This document shows positions 14,142-26,343 of a stretch of 64,000 nt of DNA, one piece after another. Position 1 is the stretch's first letter. Every line of letters starts with the position of its first letter. Below the pieces are notes generated by a model. That model worked only from the letters and a program-made list of their open reading frames with translations, was not told where the DNA came from and made no database searches. A program made the position numbers and the translations under genes. The DNA comes from Amoeboaphelidium protococcarum X5. Taxonomy: Eukaryota; Fungi; Aphelidiomycota. The stretch is from NCBI GenBank assembly GCA_023515725.1, contig JALDTO010000181.1:62001-126000 (forward strand), read 5' to 3'.

Positions 14142-14395
14142 TAGTGCAAAGGCACTACCCAGACCCGAACTGCTGCCAAGGATCCGCTTGTCATCTCTGG
14201 GCTAGAAGGTTTTACGAACAGTGAATTTAACTGAACGCCCCCTTACCCGGCGACAGTCCCACGTACTAGTCTATAACATTGAGATGGTAAGTGAAGAGTA
14301 ACAGATTCGAGGATTCACCATGCAGTCACCTCGGGCCCAGTCGCTCCCATTTGTTGTGGGCCGTGGTACCATTAAGGTCCATTTAGCCAGATTTT
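14142..14395 (-). other. GC-rich structured element, possibly the 3' end of a retroposon/repeat or an ncRNA
   Basis: Perfect hairpin TAGTGC-AAAG-GCACTA at 14142-14157, several further short stems, and a TAATAATGAATGAA tail on the minus strand. Confidence 0.35.
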
Positions 14396-14397
14396 AT

Positions 14398-14570
14398 GCA
14401 CCGTAGATTATCGTGCTACTAGAGACTTAAGTCATGCTACCATTATTAGACACCGTAAGTTATCGTGCTAATGTAGACTTTTTTATATCTTTTTAATGCA
14501 CCTTTAATTATCGTGCTTCTGTCTTTTTTTAAACGTCTTAAGCACCTTATTTTATCGTGCTGTCGTCTTT
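14398..14570. repeat. Four degenerate direct repeats with core (G/A)CACC-N5-TTATCGTGCT
   Basis: Units start at about 14398, 14450, 14498 and 14542 (spacing 52/48/44 nt), with variable sequence between cores. Confidence 0.85.
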
Positions 14571-15629
14571 GATTACAAACGTCTTAGAGTATCGACTTTA
14601 CTCAAAGTTATAATTAAGATCAGATCAGGGAACCGACATGCACCGACAGAGAGTCGGAAGCATCAGTGAGCTAGACCACAGATGTTACAGATTTAAGACA
14701 TAGCAATGGTGAGCAGAGAGGACAAGGTACAATCGATACGCATAGTACTTTGACTGAGACACATAAAGCAGACACCTTGCGCACTGAGGACTATCACACC
14801 TGCACATAACACCTATCATTATAAGAACACTACAAAAAGTGACATCTGAAAGATAAGCGTACCCGATAAGCGCAATGACGGGACCATTGTTGAGGAAGGA
14901 TCGAGCAGCGCCATCAACTTACAGCCGAAAGCAGGTAGACGAGGAACAGGAAACAACAAGCTGACCACAGACTGAGAGGCGGATGAACAGGAGGAAGAAG
15001 AAGCGACCTCAGCAGGCAAGTAGAGTGGCAACTAACAGAAACAGACGCAGTTAAGGGATTAGACTATGCAGAAAGTTCAGAGCGGTTCAGAGGAGAAAGA
15101 GGCAAGCAGCTAGTATAGGATAGTATAGAAGTCGCAGCAGCAGCTTGAGACGATAGTAGCAATGACAAGTTGCAGTGAGGGAAGCATATCGCAGTCGATA
15201 TGGACAAGCAGATACCAGCTACCAGAAAACACTACTTTTAGATTGTATTATCTAGCAAGAGTTGTTTGAAGAAGAAGAAGATGTGTTGTGGGAATAATGG
15301 AGTTGTGAAATCTCATTGTTTACTTGTGAAACGAGGCCTCGCCTTTGAATCGACGTGGCCTCTAGATTCAACTCGGTCAGATCTCGTCCGATTTTGATGG
15401 CTATTTCGTTATGGAGCGTTTCAGAATGTAAGCATTATGCTGATATAAATATTATATGGATTACATGATAAATTCATTAAGATAGGTGTTAAATTATAGA
15501 TGCAAAATTTGAAACGATCGCGTAGTCGGTGAAACGTCGACTCGCTCCAATTTTGACTCTTTTGACAAGACACAACATCTGAGCCATTAAACTTTCTTTT
15601 ATCATTTAAAGCTATATACTGTTTCAGGT

Positions 15630-17010
15630 CAATGGTAAAGCGTTACAACAGTAACGTTTCAGTGAAACGCGTGGACACAGTTTACTATCCAGAGTCTTGA
15701 ACAGGCAAAGACGAGGAAGAACCTCCAGGAAAACCCATAGGCTAGACTTACGCAGCAGGCGTAGATATCAAACTATGCGTATCAGTATCAGAAGGGACAT
15801 ACTAGACATACTAGCATAAGAGGATATATGAGCCACATCAGCAATCAAGGACTGATTGCGGTTGCTATTTCGACTGTTAATCTGTTGAGATAAACGTCTC
15901 GATAAGGTGCTTACTTGTTAAAAGTTATGTCTTGAATTACGAGTGGTAACTATCTATATCTCCACTACAATATTCGAAATTATGCAATCAAACATAGCAC
16001 TATTAGCATATCGAACACGACTGAAGTCTCAACGCTTAATGATATCATTCTACACACAGATCAGCTTTGCCTAAAGGAAACAGCTTAATAACTATCAGAC
16101 TTACCAATGCATTTTAAAGAATTCATTAATTGAAATTATGTTCACAAATGGGGAGGGTATAACAACAGAATTATTTCTAGAATAAAGATTGATTCAAGCA
16201 AATCCTTGTCTTATATCCAGTTTGAAAAGTCAGCGCCCTCAGAATGTTCATCATTAGACAAGAATGTTCTGATGTAACGTTCTATTGTCAAGTCAGGTTA
16301 ATATATCCAAAAATGTAGTATCCCAGTTCATCATCTTGATTAAGATTAATCAGATCAGCGCTACAAATTTCCAATACATTTGGGTAGATGGCATTATGGG
16401 GTCACACAGAACCTCCAGCTTTATGGAATTAGCCATTATAACTCGGATAACCAAGTATGTTCAAAGAGGAAATGTACTTTAATTGCAAGCGTTTCTTTAT
16501 TTCTCTATCGGTCTCTAATTCTCAACACTTTCCAATCGCAATTCATTATCGAAGAGAAATGGCAACAGCTAAGAAGGAGGGGAGTTTGTCCAGTCTGCAA
16601 AATGATATCAGACAAGTTGTTCGAGGTTGCGGAAATGTTACTCATATCTTGAATGTGAAGATTTCACGCCGTCTTTCTATTAACCAAGATGTCACGCCCC
16701 AAACTCTGTAGTTTATTCGCCGCCGAATTACTTAAGTTCCTGAGACTAAAGTTATCATCGGTGTCCGTGTGAGTATCACTTGGAAACAAGTGCCCACCGG
16801 TCAAGTTCTTCTTATTACCATGCGGATGTTACTTTATTTACTGATGTAGTTCTAAAACATCATACAAAGCTTCTCTTTAAAGATATTTTAGGTGAACTAA
16901 ACGCTCAATTTGGTGATATATTCTAAACAGGAAGTTCTGGCTTGTCAAGTCTTGTAACGCGTCCTCATTGCAAAGAAGTTCCTCTGGTTGATGATGATTG
17001 AAGTAGTATG
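15630..17010 (+). pseudogene. Decayed coding-like sequence (pseudogene or transposon relic)
   Basis: Long codon-like stretches broken by several in-frame TGAs and frame switches; no family recognised. Confidence 0.3.
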
Positions 17011-17395
17011 AAATGATGAATCATACATGGAACTCTCATTTCATGAAGTTCTATAAAAGATGCCACCTATGTTGGCAACGCTTTGTATGAATTATCTTTT
17101 TTGCTATATTTTTGGTCCCAAATTGCTGGTTGTACTGTTGTAGTTTAATGTTTATAGAAAGAACGCGGGTCCATGTTTCACAGCCGTTGCCATTTTGACT
17201 GATGGAGGTTGTGTGAAACAAAGATCGATCCACCTCGTCGTCATTGTTTGCCATTTCGTTGCCCCTTATTATTATCACTCAGGCTGAACTCTTATTCATT
17301 CTCATCAGGTAGCTTGATTACTGTAGTATTCAGCTTTGCCTGTTTCTTCGTATCATATTGTATAGCATAAAGTTCGTTATTATTTAACTTAATTT

Positions 17396-20300
17396 ATGGA
17401 ACCTCAGTATTCTCCATCGTCCGAGGATGAATTTCCCCTCTAGATTGAAGACTTGCAGGCTCTATTCGACCCCAAAGACTTGGATGCTCTACACTCTCTG
17501 GGTGGTGTTGAGGGATTGTAGTAGGCACTGCGATCTGATGTGAAAACTGGTCTTAATAAGGATGGAGTAGAGGATATCAATATCAGGAAAGACTATTTTG
17601 GTGAGAACAGGCTGCCTGAGTAACCGCCATAGACCTTTCTAAGCCTGGTGTGGATTGCATTACACGATAAGACTCTGATCGTTCTCTCAGTCGCCGCCGT
17701 GATATCTCTTGCTGTCGGTCTCTTCTTGGAGCTGCGGCCTAATAAGACTTCCACTGAGCCTCATTGGGTAGAAGGACTGGCCATTATCATCTCCATTCTG
17801 ATTGTTGTTCTTGTGCAGGCTGTGAATGATTACAGAAAGGAGGCTCAGTTTAGGAAATTGAATTCCAAGAAGGAGGATCGTCTGGTAAAGTGCCTGCGTA
17901 GCGGGAGTGTTCATATGTTGTCTGTATTTGATATTGTGGTTGGTGATATTCTCCTGCTTGAGCCGGGTGATGTCGTGAATGTGGACGGCATTCTCATTTC
18001 TGGGCACAATGTGCGCTGTGACGAAAGTTCTGCCACTGGAGAGTCGGATATTATCAGAAAGGCTCCATACGCCGAAAATGCTGATGATATCGATCCTTTT
18101 ATATTAGGTGGTGGTAAAATTACTGAGGGTGTCGGTCAGTTTCTGGTGACTTGTGTAGGCGAGTTCTCTTACAGCGGGAAGGTGATGATGAGCTTGCGCG
18201 TTCCATCTGAGGATACACCTCTGTAGATTAAGCTGGACGAACTGGCCGAGAATATTGCCAAAATTGCAGTAAGCGTCAGTCTTCTACTGCTGTTAATACT
18301 GGTTATTAAGTATATAATTTAGCAGAGTACTACTGGCTGGGATGAGGGCCCAATAGTATTTGAGAAATTTATTGAGATTTTTGTGCTTGCAGTTCTTATT
18401 ATTGTTGTCGCTGTGCCTGAAGGTCTTCCACTGGCTGTTACTATTGCGCTGGCTTATGGAATTATCAAAATGATGAAGGATAATAATCTTGTGCGTGTTT
18501 TAAGTGCTTGTGAGACTATGGGTAATGCTACCACTGTCTGTAGTGACAAGACTGGTACGTTGACACAGAATAAGATGACTGTGGTGGCTGGATTTATTGG
18601 GTGTAAGACTGAGTTTAAGAATGATAGTGGTATTGCCAAGTTGAAGAAGAAGTTGAATGAGAAAGAAGTCGATGTGCTTGATACAAAATATAGATAGGTG
18701 TAATCCGAGTTCTTTAGCGGCCCTCAGTATGTTTATCTCCTAATAGATTCTGTTGTTATGAACTCTAATGCATTTGAGGAGGTTGATCAAAATGGTTTCA
18801 AGTCGTTTGTTGGTAATAAGACTGAGTCTGCTCTGTTGGAATTCTGTGTCAAGATGGGCCTACACGACTATACTACTTATAAGGCGGCGACTGACAGTTC
18901 TGTTCTCCAGGTGTATCCGTTCAGTAGTGAGCGTAAGAGTATGAGTACTCTGGTGAAGATTAATGATGACACGGTCAGATTTTACGTCAAAGGCGCGTCT
19001 GAGATTGTGCTGAAGTATTCTAGTCAGATCATGGTGTTGGAAGATAATGCATCTGTATAATATAAGGTGGTTCCGTTCACGGATTCTTTACGTGCCTAGA
19101 TGCTTGGTAAAATATCGAGTTTTGCTGATGAAAGTCTTCGTACCATTCTGGTTGCATTTAAAGACATGCCTATGAGTGAGTATGTCGATATTGTGGGAGC
19201 CAAAAATGTTGGCAAAGAAGTGCCTACGGAAGCTGCTGAATAACTTGAGGAGATGTGCCGTCATGACTTGGCCGTGATACTTTTGGTTGGTATTGAAGAT
19301 CCTCTGCGTGAAGGTGTACCTGAGGCGGTGAAGAGATGCTAGAAGGCTGGTGTATTTGTTCGTATGGTGACTGGTGACAATGTACACACTGCCACTGCTA
19401 TTGCTAAAAAGTGCGGAATTTATACTACTGGTGGTATAATAATGGAAGGACCATAATTTCGTAATTTGCCTGATAAGGAAATGAAAGAAATGCTTCCCCG
19501 TTTATAAGTTCTTGCCAGATCTAGTCCCGGTGATAAATAGATTTTGGTTGGTAAATTAAAGGAGATGGGCGAGACGGTGGCGGTGACTGGAGATGGAACT
19601 AATGATGCGCCTGCTCTGAAAATGGCCGACGTTGGTTTTAGCATGGGCATCACAGGTACTGAAGTGAGTAAAGAGGCTAGTGATATTATATTGATGGACG
19701 ACAACTTTACGAGTATCCTTAAAGCCATGATGTGGGGAAGAAGTGTGAATGATTCTGTGCGCAAGTTTATTTAGTTCTAATTAACCATTAGTATCTCTGC
19801 CGTAACTATAGTATTTATTAGTGCTATAGCTAGTCCCAATAATTAAAGTGCTCTATCTGCGATTTAACTGCTTTGGATAAATATGATCATTAGTTCTATT
19901 GCTGCACTGACTCTGGCGACTGATCGCCCAACAGAAGACATATTAGATCGTTTGCCGGACAGTAAAAATGACCCTTTGATAACTGTCGAGATGTGGAAAA
20001 TGATACTTGGCCAGTCCGTGTATTGCATCACATCGTGTCTGATTTTGGTCTTTGTGGGTCCTGCGGTATTCAGGTTGGATGTGAGTCAGCGTTATGACGA
20101 GTACCAGCTCGGAGCTTTGGTGTTTAATGTATTCTTGTTTGAGATTCTGTTCAATTAATTTAATTGTAGAAGAATCGATGGCAGTTACAATGTGTTCAAA
20201 GGGATTCTCAAGAACAAGTTTTACATCCCACTCTTGTTCCTCATTGTTGCAACTCAAGTTTTAATCATCTATTATGGCGGTGAAGTATTCCATACAGTTC

Positions 20301-20830
20301 CAATCACGAACGCGATGTGGGTAGTGTCCTTGATATGCGGACTGCTGGTATTCCCTATAGCTGCAATCATTCGTTTTCTTCCCACGGGAGACGGTTGCAA
20401 GATTTGTGGATTTAATTTTGGTATGAAGGAGGAACCACGCGCTGCATTACTTAATCTTCCGCCATCATAGTAACTGTTTTACGAATAATCCTAGTCTAAG
20501 CGGCGTCTAAGTCTGTTTAAAGCCATCCATCGCGACTTGGATCTCTCGCGTCAACATTGCGACTCCGAGTCGATTCATATTCTGCCGCGTGGAAGTCGTA
20601 AGCAGTCTTATAATGTCCGCAATAAAGATAGAAAGTCTAGCAACCTGGCTGAACATGGTCATCTTTACGATGATGATCCTTAGAGTGTCGCTTTAAAAAG
20701 TCTTCGCTACCAGCTTAAGGAACAAGGCGGTTCTACTGGGGATGTTCATCATCATAATCATAACCATAGTCATACAGCGAACAGGCGTGGGTAGGCATCG
20801 ATGAGTAGCAGCCATGAAGTGTTGCTATGA
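17396..20830 (+). CDS. P2B (PMCA/Pmc1-type) P-type ATPase, paralog 1
   Basis: 1144-aa intronless ORF with [40 protein letters not shown] and [13 protein letters not shown]. Confidence 0.95.
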
Positions 20831-20949
20831 TTATCATCGCTATTGCTATATGTAAACATTGCTATACAATGTAGTTTAATGAAAATAAAATAGTTCTTGT
20901 GTAGATGCATGCTCTGTGAAATCTCTATAAATCTTATTGACATTGTTAA

Positions 20950-21960
20950 CGAATCCCTAAGCTATGATCCGTTAAGATCTCAACAGAGCTTTGTCGCGAC
21001 GACTATTAGCCATATCGATCGTCTAGGCATCCTCTGGTTAGTACGTACTCTATATGCACATAATCAATAACATCCAATGGTAATCTTCCAGCAATGGATC
21101 GTGAGAATTGATCATAAAGTAAACTACCTTCAATCTTCATATTATGAGTATGATAGTTTAGACCCGCTGTCTACCTTCCAGCCTTGCGTAAAATCTTTTG
21201 TGTCGTTCGACTTATACCTCCTCCTTCTAATCAAGTACTGTATCAAACACAGAGGGGGCAAGTTTTTCTTCCAGCATCCTCAGCCTTAAGTGACTAGTGG
21301 GTGAATCTGTAGATGAATTCACCAGTCTGAGATCTTTGCTAATAAGTAAATCGTTACTACTGTCCACACTGCTAAAAAGCTCAATTAAACATCCGATGAA
21401 GCCATCTACCAACTGGCTCAAAAGAAAACCATAGGCGGCTCTTCAAGTCGCCATTAATCTCTACATGATATCCCACATTTTGAGTCAACATGACTGTTGT
21501 GTACATGCGATTCTTATCTTTCATCTTGATAGTTTTATAAGGAGAATTTAACAGTAAGCCTTGTAGTTCACGAAGATCTTTCACCACGTCGCGCGTTGAA
21601 TACCTTAACAGATCTTTATCAGCCGGACACAATGCTTGTCTCGAATCTCCTGTCAACCGTGATATAATGCGATTCATTACAGATGAAGGACCAAGATTTT
21701 TAATGTATGCTTAACACTAATCAACAGGTGTATTTATGAGTTTCAAATTAAGTTTAATAATGATTAGAGCGTGGATACCCCCAATTCACAACTTTAAACA
21801 CGCAAATAGCAGTACCTCCATCCATTGGCATTCAACACATGAAGCGCCTAAAGAATGAATATAGTAAGTAAGAGATTGCAATAAACCATTTAAGGTGAAC
21901 GAACTTTGAGCATCGATTCCCGCATTCCAACTTCCCAATATCGTTAGAAGGCCAAGTCAA
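20950..21960 (-). pseudogene. Frameshifted hypothetical gene remnant between the two ATPase paralogs
   Basis: Overlapping ORF pieces (21381-21677 and 21227-21421) in different frames, plus an in-frame TGA upstream. Confidence 0.3.
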
Positions 21961-22310
21961 TTCAAGCGGGTGATCATCAATATAAACAAAAGATGGTTTC
22001 TATACATATTATAGCCACTGCAATATTTAGAGAGGTAACTACTTTATAGAGCTGATCCTGTGTACACGTTCTTGAAGTTCTGATCGCCAGTGTACAGAAA
22101 AGTGTCAATTAATGTAGTTACCCGAAGATCGGGCACGGGATGATCTTCGGCGATCTTCGTTGTTACACATGCCGTCAACATTTGATTGAATCACTAGAAT
22201 GTATGCAATGTGTGATTTCTCTTCCATTAACTGTCTTTTTTATTTACTATTGTTGAATTACTTGACTTGATTATATATTTTCACGTGTTTTTACTACATT
22301 ACATGACTGG

Positions 22311-25300
22311 ATGTTGTCGCATAATAAAGGGGAATAGATTGTTGATGGAGAATCTGGTGATGAATCTCCTTCATTTGATCTGTCGATCGGGCAATTACAA
22401 GAGCTATTTGACCCGAAAGATGTAAAGAAACTGCGTGCATTGGATGGTATCAACGGACTATGTAGAGCATTGCGAACCAATCTATTGTCCGGCCTAGATA
22501 AGGATGGTGACTACAAGGACAGGACTGAATTCTACGGCGCAAATCGCTTGCCTGAATAACCTCCAAAGACTTTGCTCTAACTGTTCTTAATTGCCATGCG
22601 CGATAAGACATTGATCGTTCTTACTGTGGCATCCTTGGTCTCGCTCGCTATTGGGCTATACTTGGAATTCCGTCCGAGTAATGACTCTGAAGAACCTCAT
22701 TGGGTAGAAGGTGTTGCGATTATCGCGTCCGTCATTGTTGTGGCCCTGGTTTAATCGATCAATGATTACAAGAAGGAGGCTCAATTCCGTTAGCTAAACA
22801 CCAAGAAAGAAGATCGGGAAGTGAAGTGTTTGCGAAGTGGTAATGTGCAGATGCTCTCCATATTCGATGTGGTTGTGGGTGATATACTCCTTCTTGAACC
22901 GGGAGATGTTGTCAATGTGGATGGTGCTATGGTGTCTGGTCATAACTTGCACTGTGATGAAAGTTCTGCCACTGGGGAATCTGATTTGATCCGCAAGACT
23001 CCGTACTCTGCGTATGCTGATGGTGCTGATTTTGATCCTTTTATATTGAGTGGTAGTAAAGTCACGGAAGGTGTCGGGCAGTTTTTGGTCACTTGTGTCG
23101 GTGAACATTCATTCAATGGTAAGTTGATGATGGGCTTGCGCATACCTGAAGATGATACGCCTCTGCAGGTGAAGTTGGATGGCCTGGCTGAGACTATTGC
23201 AAAGACTGCGGTGAGTGTCAGTTTGTTACTACTCGTCATTCTAGTCATTAAGTACCTGGTGTCTCAAAGTATTAATGGCTGGGATGAAGGTCCGATCATT
23301 CTGGAGACTATAGTCGGTATTGTGGTTGGCTCCATCGTGATTATTGTTGTCGCTGTACCTGAAGGCCTGCCACTAGCCGTAACCATTGCATTGGCGTATG
23401 GAATTATAAAAATGATGCGCGACAATAATCTTGTGCGCGTGTTGAGTGCCTGTGAGACTATGGGCAATGCAACCACAATCTGTAGTGATAAGACTGGTAC
23501 TTTGACACAAAATAGAATGACTGTGGTGGCTGGATTTATTGGCTGTAGAACTGAATTTAAAAATGATAGTGGCATTGCCAAGCTGAAAAAGAAACTGATT
23601 GAGAATCAAGCTGACATTATGGACAAGAGACATAGGTAGCTGATGAAAAATCCTTTTACTGGTGTTCAGTATACTAATTTACTTCTTGATGCTATCATGA
23701 TGAATTCCAGTGTGTTTGAAGAGAAACGTGATGATGGCTCTAGCGCTTATGTTGGTAATAAGACTGAATGTGCATTGCTGGATTTCTGTGATAAGCTGGG
23801 ATTATATGACTACACCTCCTTGAAGAAGGATGCAGAAAAGTCCGTACTCCAGGTGTATCCCTTTTCCAGTCTGCGTAAAAGTATGATCACCGTGATCAAT
23901 TTGGATGACAATACTGTGCGTTTTTACATTAAAGGGGCTTCTGAAATCGTACTAGGATACTCTGATAAGGTTATGGTGCATAATTAGGCTCAGAATAACT
24001 TTTAGTCTTCTCAGTTGTCTGATCAGTACAAAGTATAGCTCCAGGAGAAGATCTCCAAATTCGCAAATGATAGTCTGCGTACCATCATTATCGCTTACAA
24101 AGACATGACTTTGGGAGAGTACAAGGATATTGTCGGTGAAGAGAATGTGGGCAAAGAGATTCCGAAAGACGCGGCCGCTAGACTAGAAGCTCATCTGCAG
24201 AGTGAATACTGCATCATTGCTCTGGTCGGCATTGAAGATCCGCTGCGTGATGGAGTCGCTGATGCTGTAAGAAAGTGTCAACTGGCTGGAGTGGTTGTTC
24301 GTATGGTGACGGGCGATAACGTCAATACGGCTAGATCAATCGCTGCCAAATGTGGTATATACACGCAAGGCGGCATAGTTATGGAAGGACCATAATTTCG
24401 CAACTTGCCAGATAAGGAAATGAAAGAAATGCTGCCCCGTTTATAAGTTCTAGCTAGATCTAGTCCTGGTGATAAGTAGATTCTTGTTGGCAAATTGAAA
24501 GAGATGGGCGAGACGGTAGCTGTTACGGGTGATGGTACTAATGATGCGCCTGCTCTAAAGATGGCCGACGTCGGATTCAGTATGGGTATTACAGGTACTG
24601 AAGTGTGCAAAGAAGCCAGTTCTATCATTCTAATGGATGATAACTTTGCAAGTATCTTAAAAGCCATGATGTGGGGCAGAAGTGTCTTTGACTCGGTGCG
24701 CAAATTTATACAGTTCCAGCTGACCGCTTGTATATCCGCAGTTATTATCGTGTTCATAAGTGCCGTCGCCAGTCCTAATAATAAGGCAATCATGTCTGCG
24801 GTGCAATTGCTTTGGGTTAACATGATCATGTGCTCGCAGGCCTCACTCTCTCTGTCCACTGATCGCCCGAATGAAGATATTCTGGATAGGATGCCAGATA
24901 GTAGAAAAGATCCTCTGATTACTGTTGAAATGTGGAAACTCATTCTAGGCATGTCATCTTATATAGTCTGCTCCTGTCTATTTCTGGTCTTCTTGGGGCC
25001 AGTAATATTTAGACTGGATCTAAGTAGGAAGAATGACTACATTCAGCTGAGTACGCTCGTATTCAATGTGTTCATATTCGAGTTGCTTCTTAATGAGTTC
25101 AACTGCAGAAGGATTGACGGCAAGTTTAACATCTTTAAAGGCATTCTATAGAACAAGTTCTTTATTCCGCTGTTCTTGCTTGCTGTGCCTATTCAGGTGA
25201 TAATTGTCTACTTTGGTGGAGCTGTGTTTACCACCACTCCGCTAACGGGAGCTATGTGGGGCACTACTATGTTGTGCGGTTTACTGGTGTTCCCAATGGC

Positions 25301-25730
25301 GGTCATTCTGCGTCTATTCCCAACTGGAGATGGCTGCAAGATTTGCGGATTCAATTTTGGTATGAAAGGTACGTCAAGATCATCTTAGGAAGATTTGTCT
25401 CCGTCTCAATAGGCACTAAACGCTATCGTCCCTGTTGCTTAAGGACATAAGAAGAGATTGAGTTTATACAAGGCTATACATAGTGAAGAGAGATACAATG
25501 TTAACGCGTTAGAGCCTGATGCAGAGGAAGGAGCTATGAGAAATCGCAGTTTATCGCGCGGTTCATAGGACATTTAAATGCGTCCTTTTGGTAACAAGTC
25601 ATCATCACCTCATGTTAAGACTGGGACACTGAGTAGAGTGGATGAAAATGATGGAATAGTTTTGCCGACTGAGAAAAGCCAGATGTAACATTCGCGTGGA
25701 AGAGGTTTTGATGATGAGCTGCTAGAATGA
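22311..25730 (+). CDS. P2B (PMCA/Pmc1-type) P-type ATPase, paralog 2
   Basis: 1139-aa intronless ORF with the same catalytic motifs, collinear with paralog 1. Confidence 0.95.
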
Positions 25731-25851
25731 GGAATGAGTTTTTACTTCACAGCTTTATATCAATTTTTTTCATTTTGATATCTTTAACCACTTTCGCCGG
25801 CTTGCCTTCTTTTAGTACAAATTTTGTGATCTGAAATTGATACGCGTCAAG

Positions 25852-26106
25852 ATGTTAAATTACTTGAAATCTTTAATGGGAGCTAATTCCAAATTGTTGT
25901 TCCCTAGAAATAATCTGAGTTTTAATAATTCATAACACGCTCTGCTGTAACAGAATCAATGCTCTAGTGTATTACAATCTCGAGGCCTCAAGGTGAGATC
26001 TGCGATTAAGAAAAAGTGTGAGCACTGCTATGTTATAAAGAAGGGTAATAACAAATGGTATGTCTACTGCAAAGTGAATCCTCGACATAAATAGAGATAG
26101 CTGTGA
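25852..26106 (+). CDS. MRPL36: Mitochondrial ribosomal protein bL36m
   Basis: 84 aa: presequence followed by [33 protein letters not shown] (both Q encoded by TAG). Confidence 0.92.
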
Positions 26107-26343
26107 TTATAAAATTATGAATAGACTTATTGATATTGGTTGATTATACTTTGTCTGACTGACATTGACGCGTTTTATAGCGACTGGTTTGATAAAGTTG
26201 TGGTAGTTTTGAGGTGATGGTCTAAGAGTGATCAACAATACGATCCGCAGCGCAATTTCTAAATATCGCTCTCTTAAGCTTAAACTGGAAACTAAATCTG
26301 TTCACTCTTTATCACACGATGATGAGTATTTTTCGAATATTTA

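Noticed and set aside
14142-14395. SRP RNA, RNase P/MRP, HDV-like ribozyme or telomerase RNA
   Set aside because: Only partial resemblances (AGT-CCCACGT-ACT, AGTCCCA). No SRP helix-8 GNRA motif, no CR-V, no P1/P1.1 pairing and no telomeric template were found.
14398-14570. CRISPR array
   Set aside because: Eukaryotic context, only a 10-nt invariant core, irregular low-complexity spacers and no cas genes.
17687-24952. Long antisense ORFs over the ATPases (also over FEN1, ALDH6A1, RNR2 and the LUD gene)
   Set aside because: Shadow ORFs opposite conserved genes, with no independent protein features.
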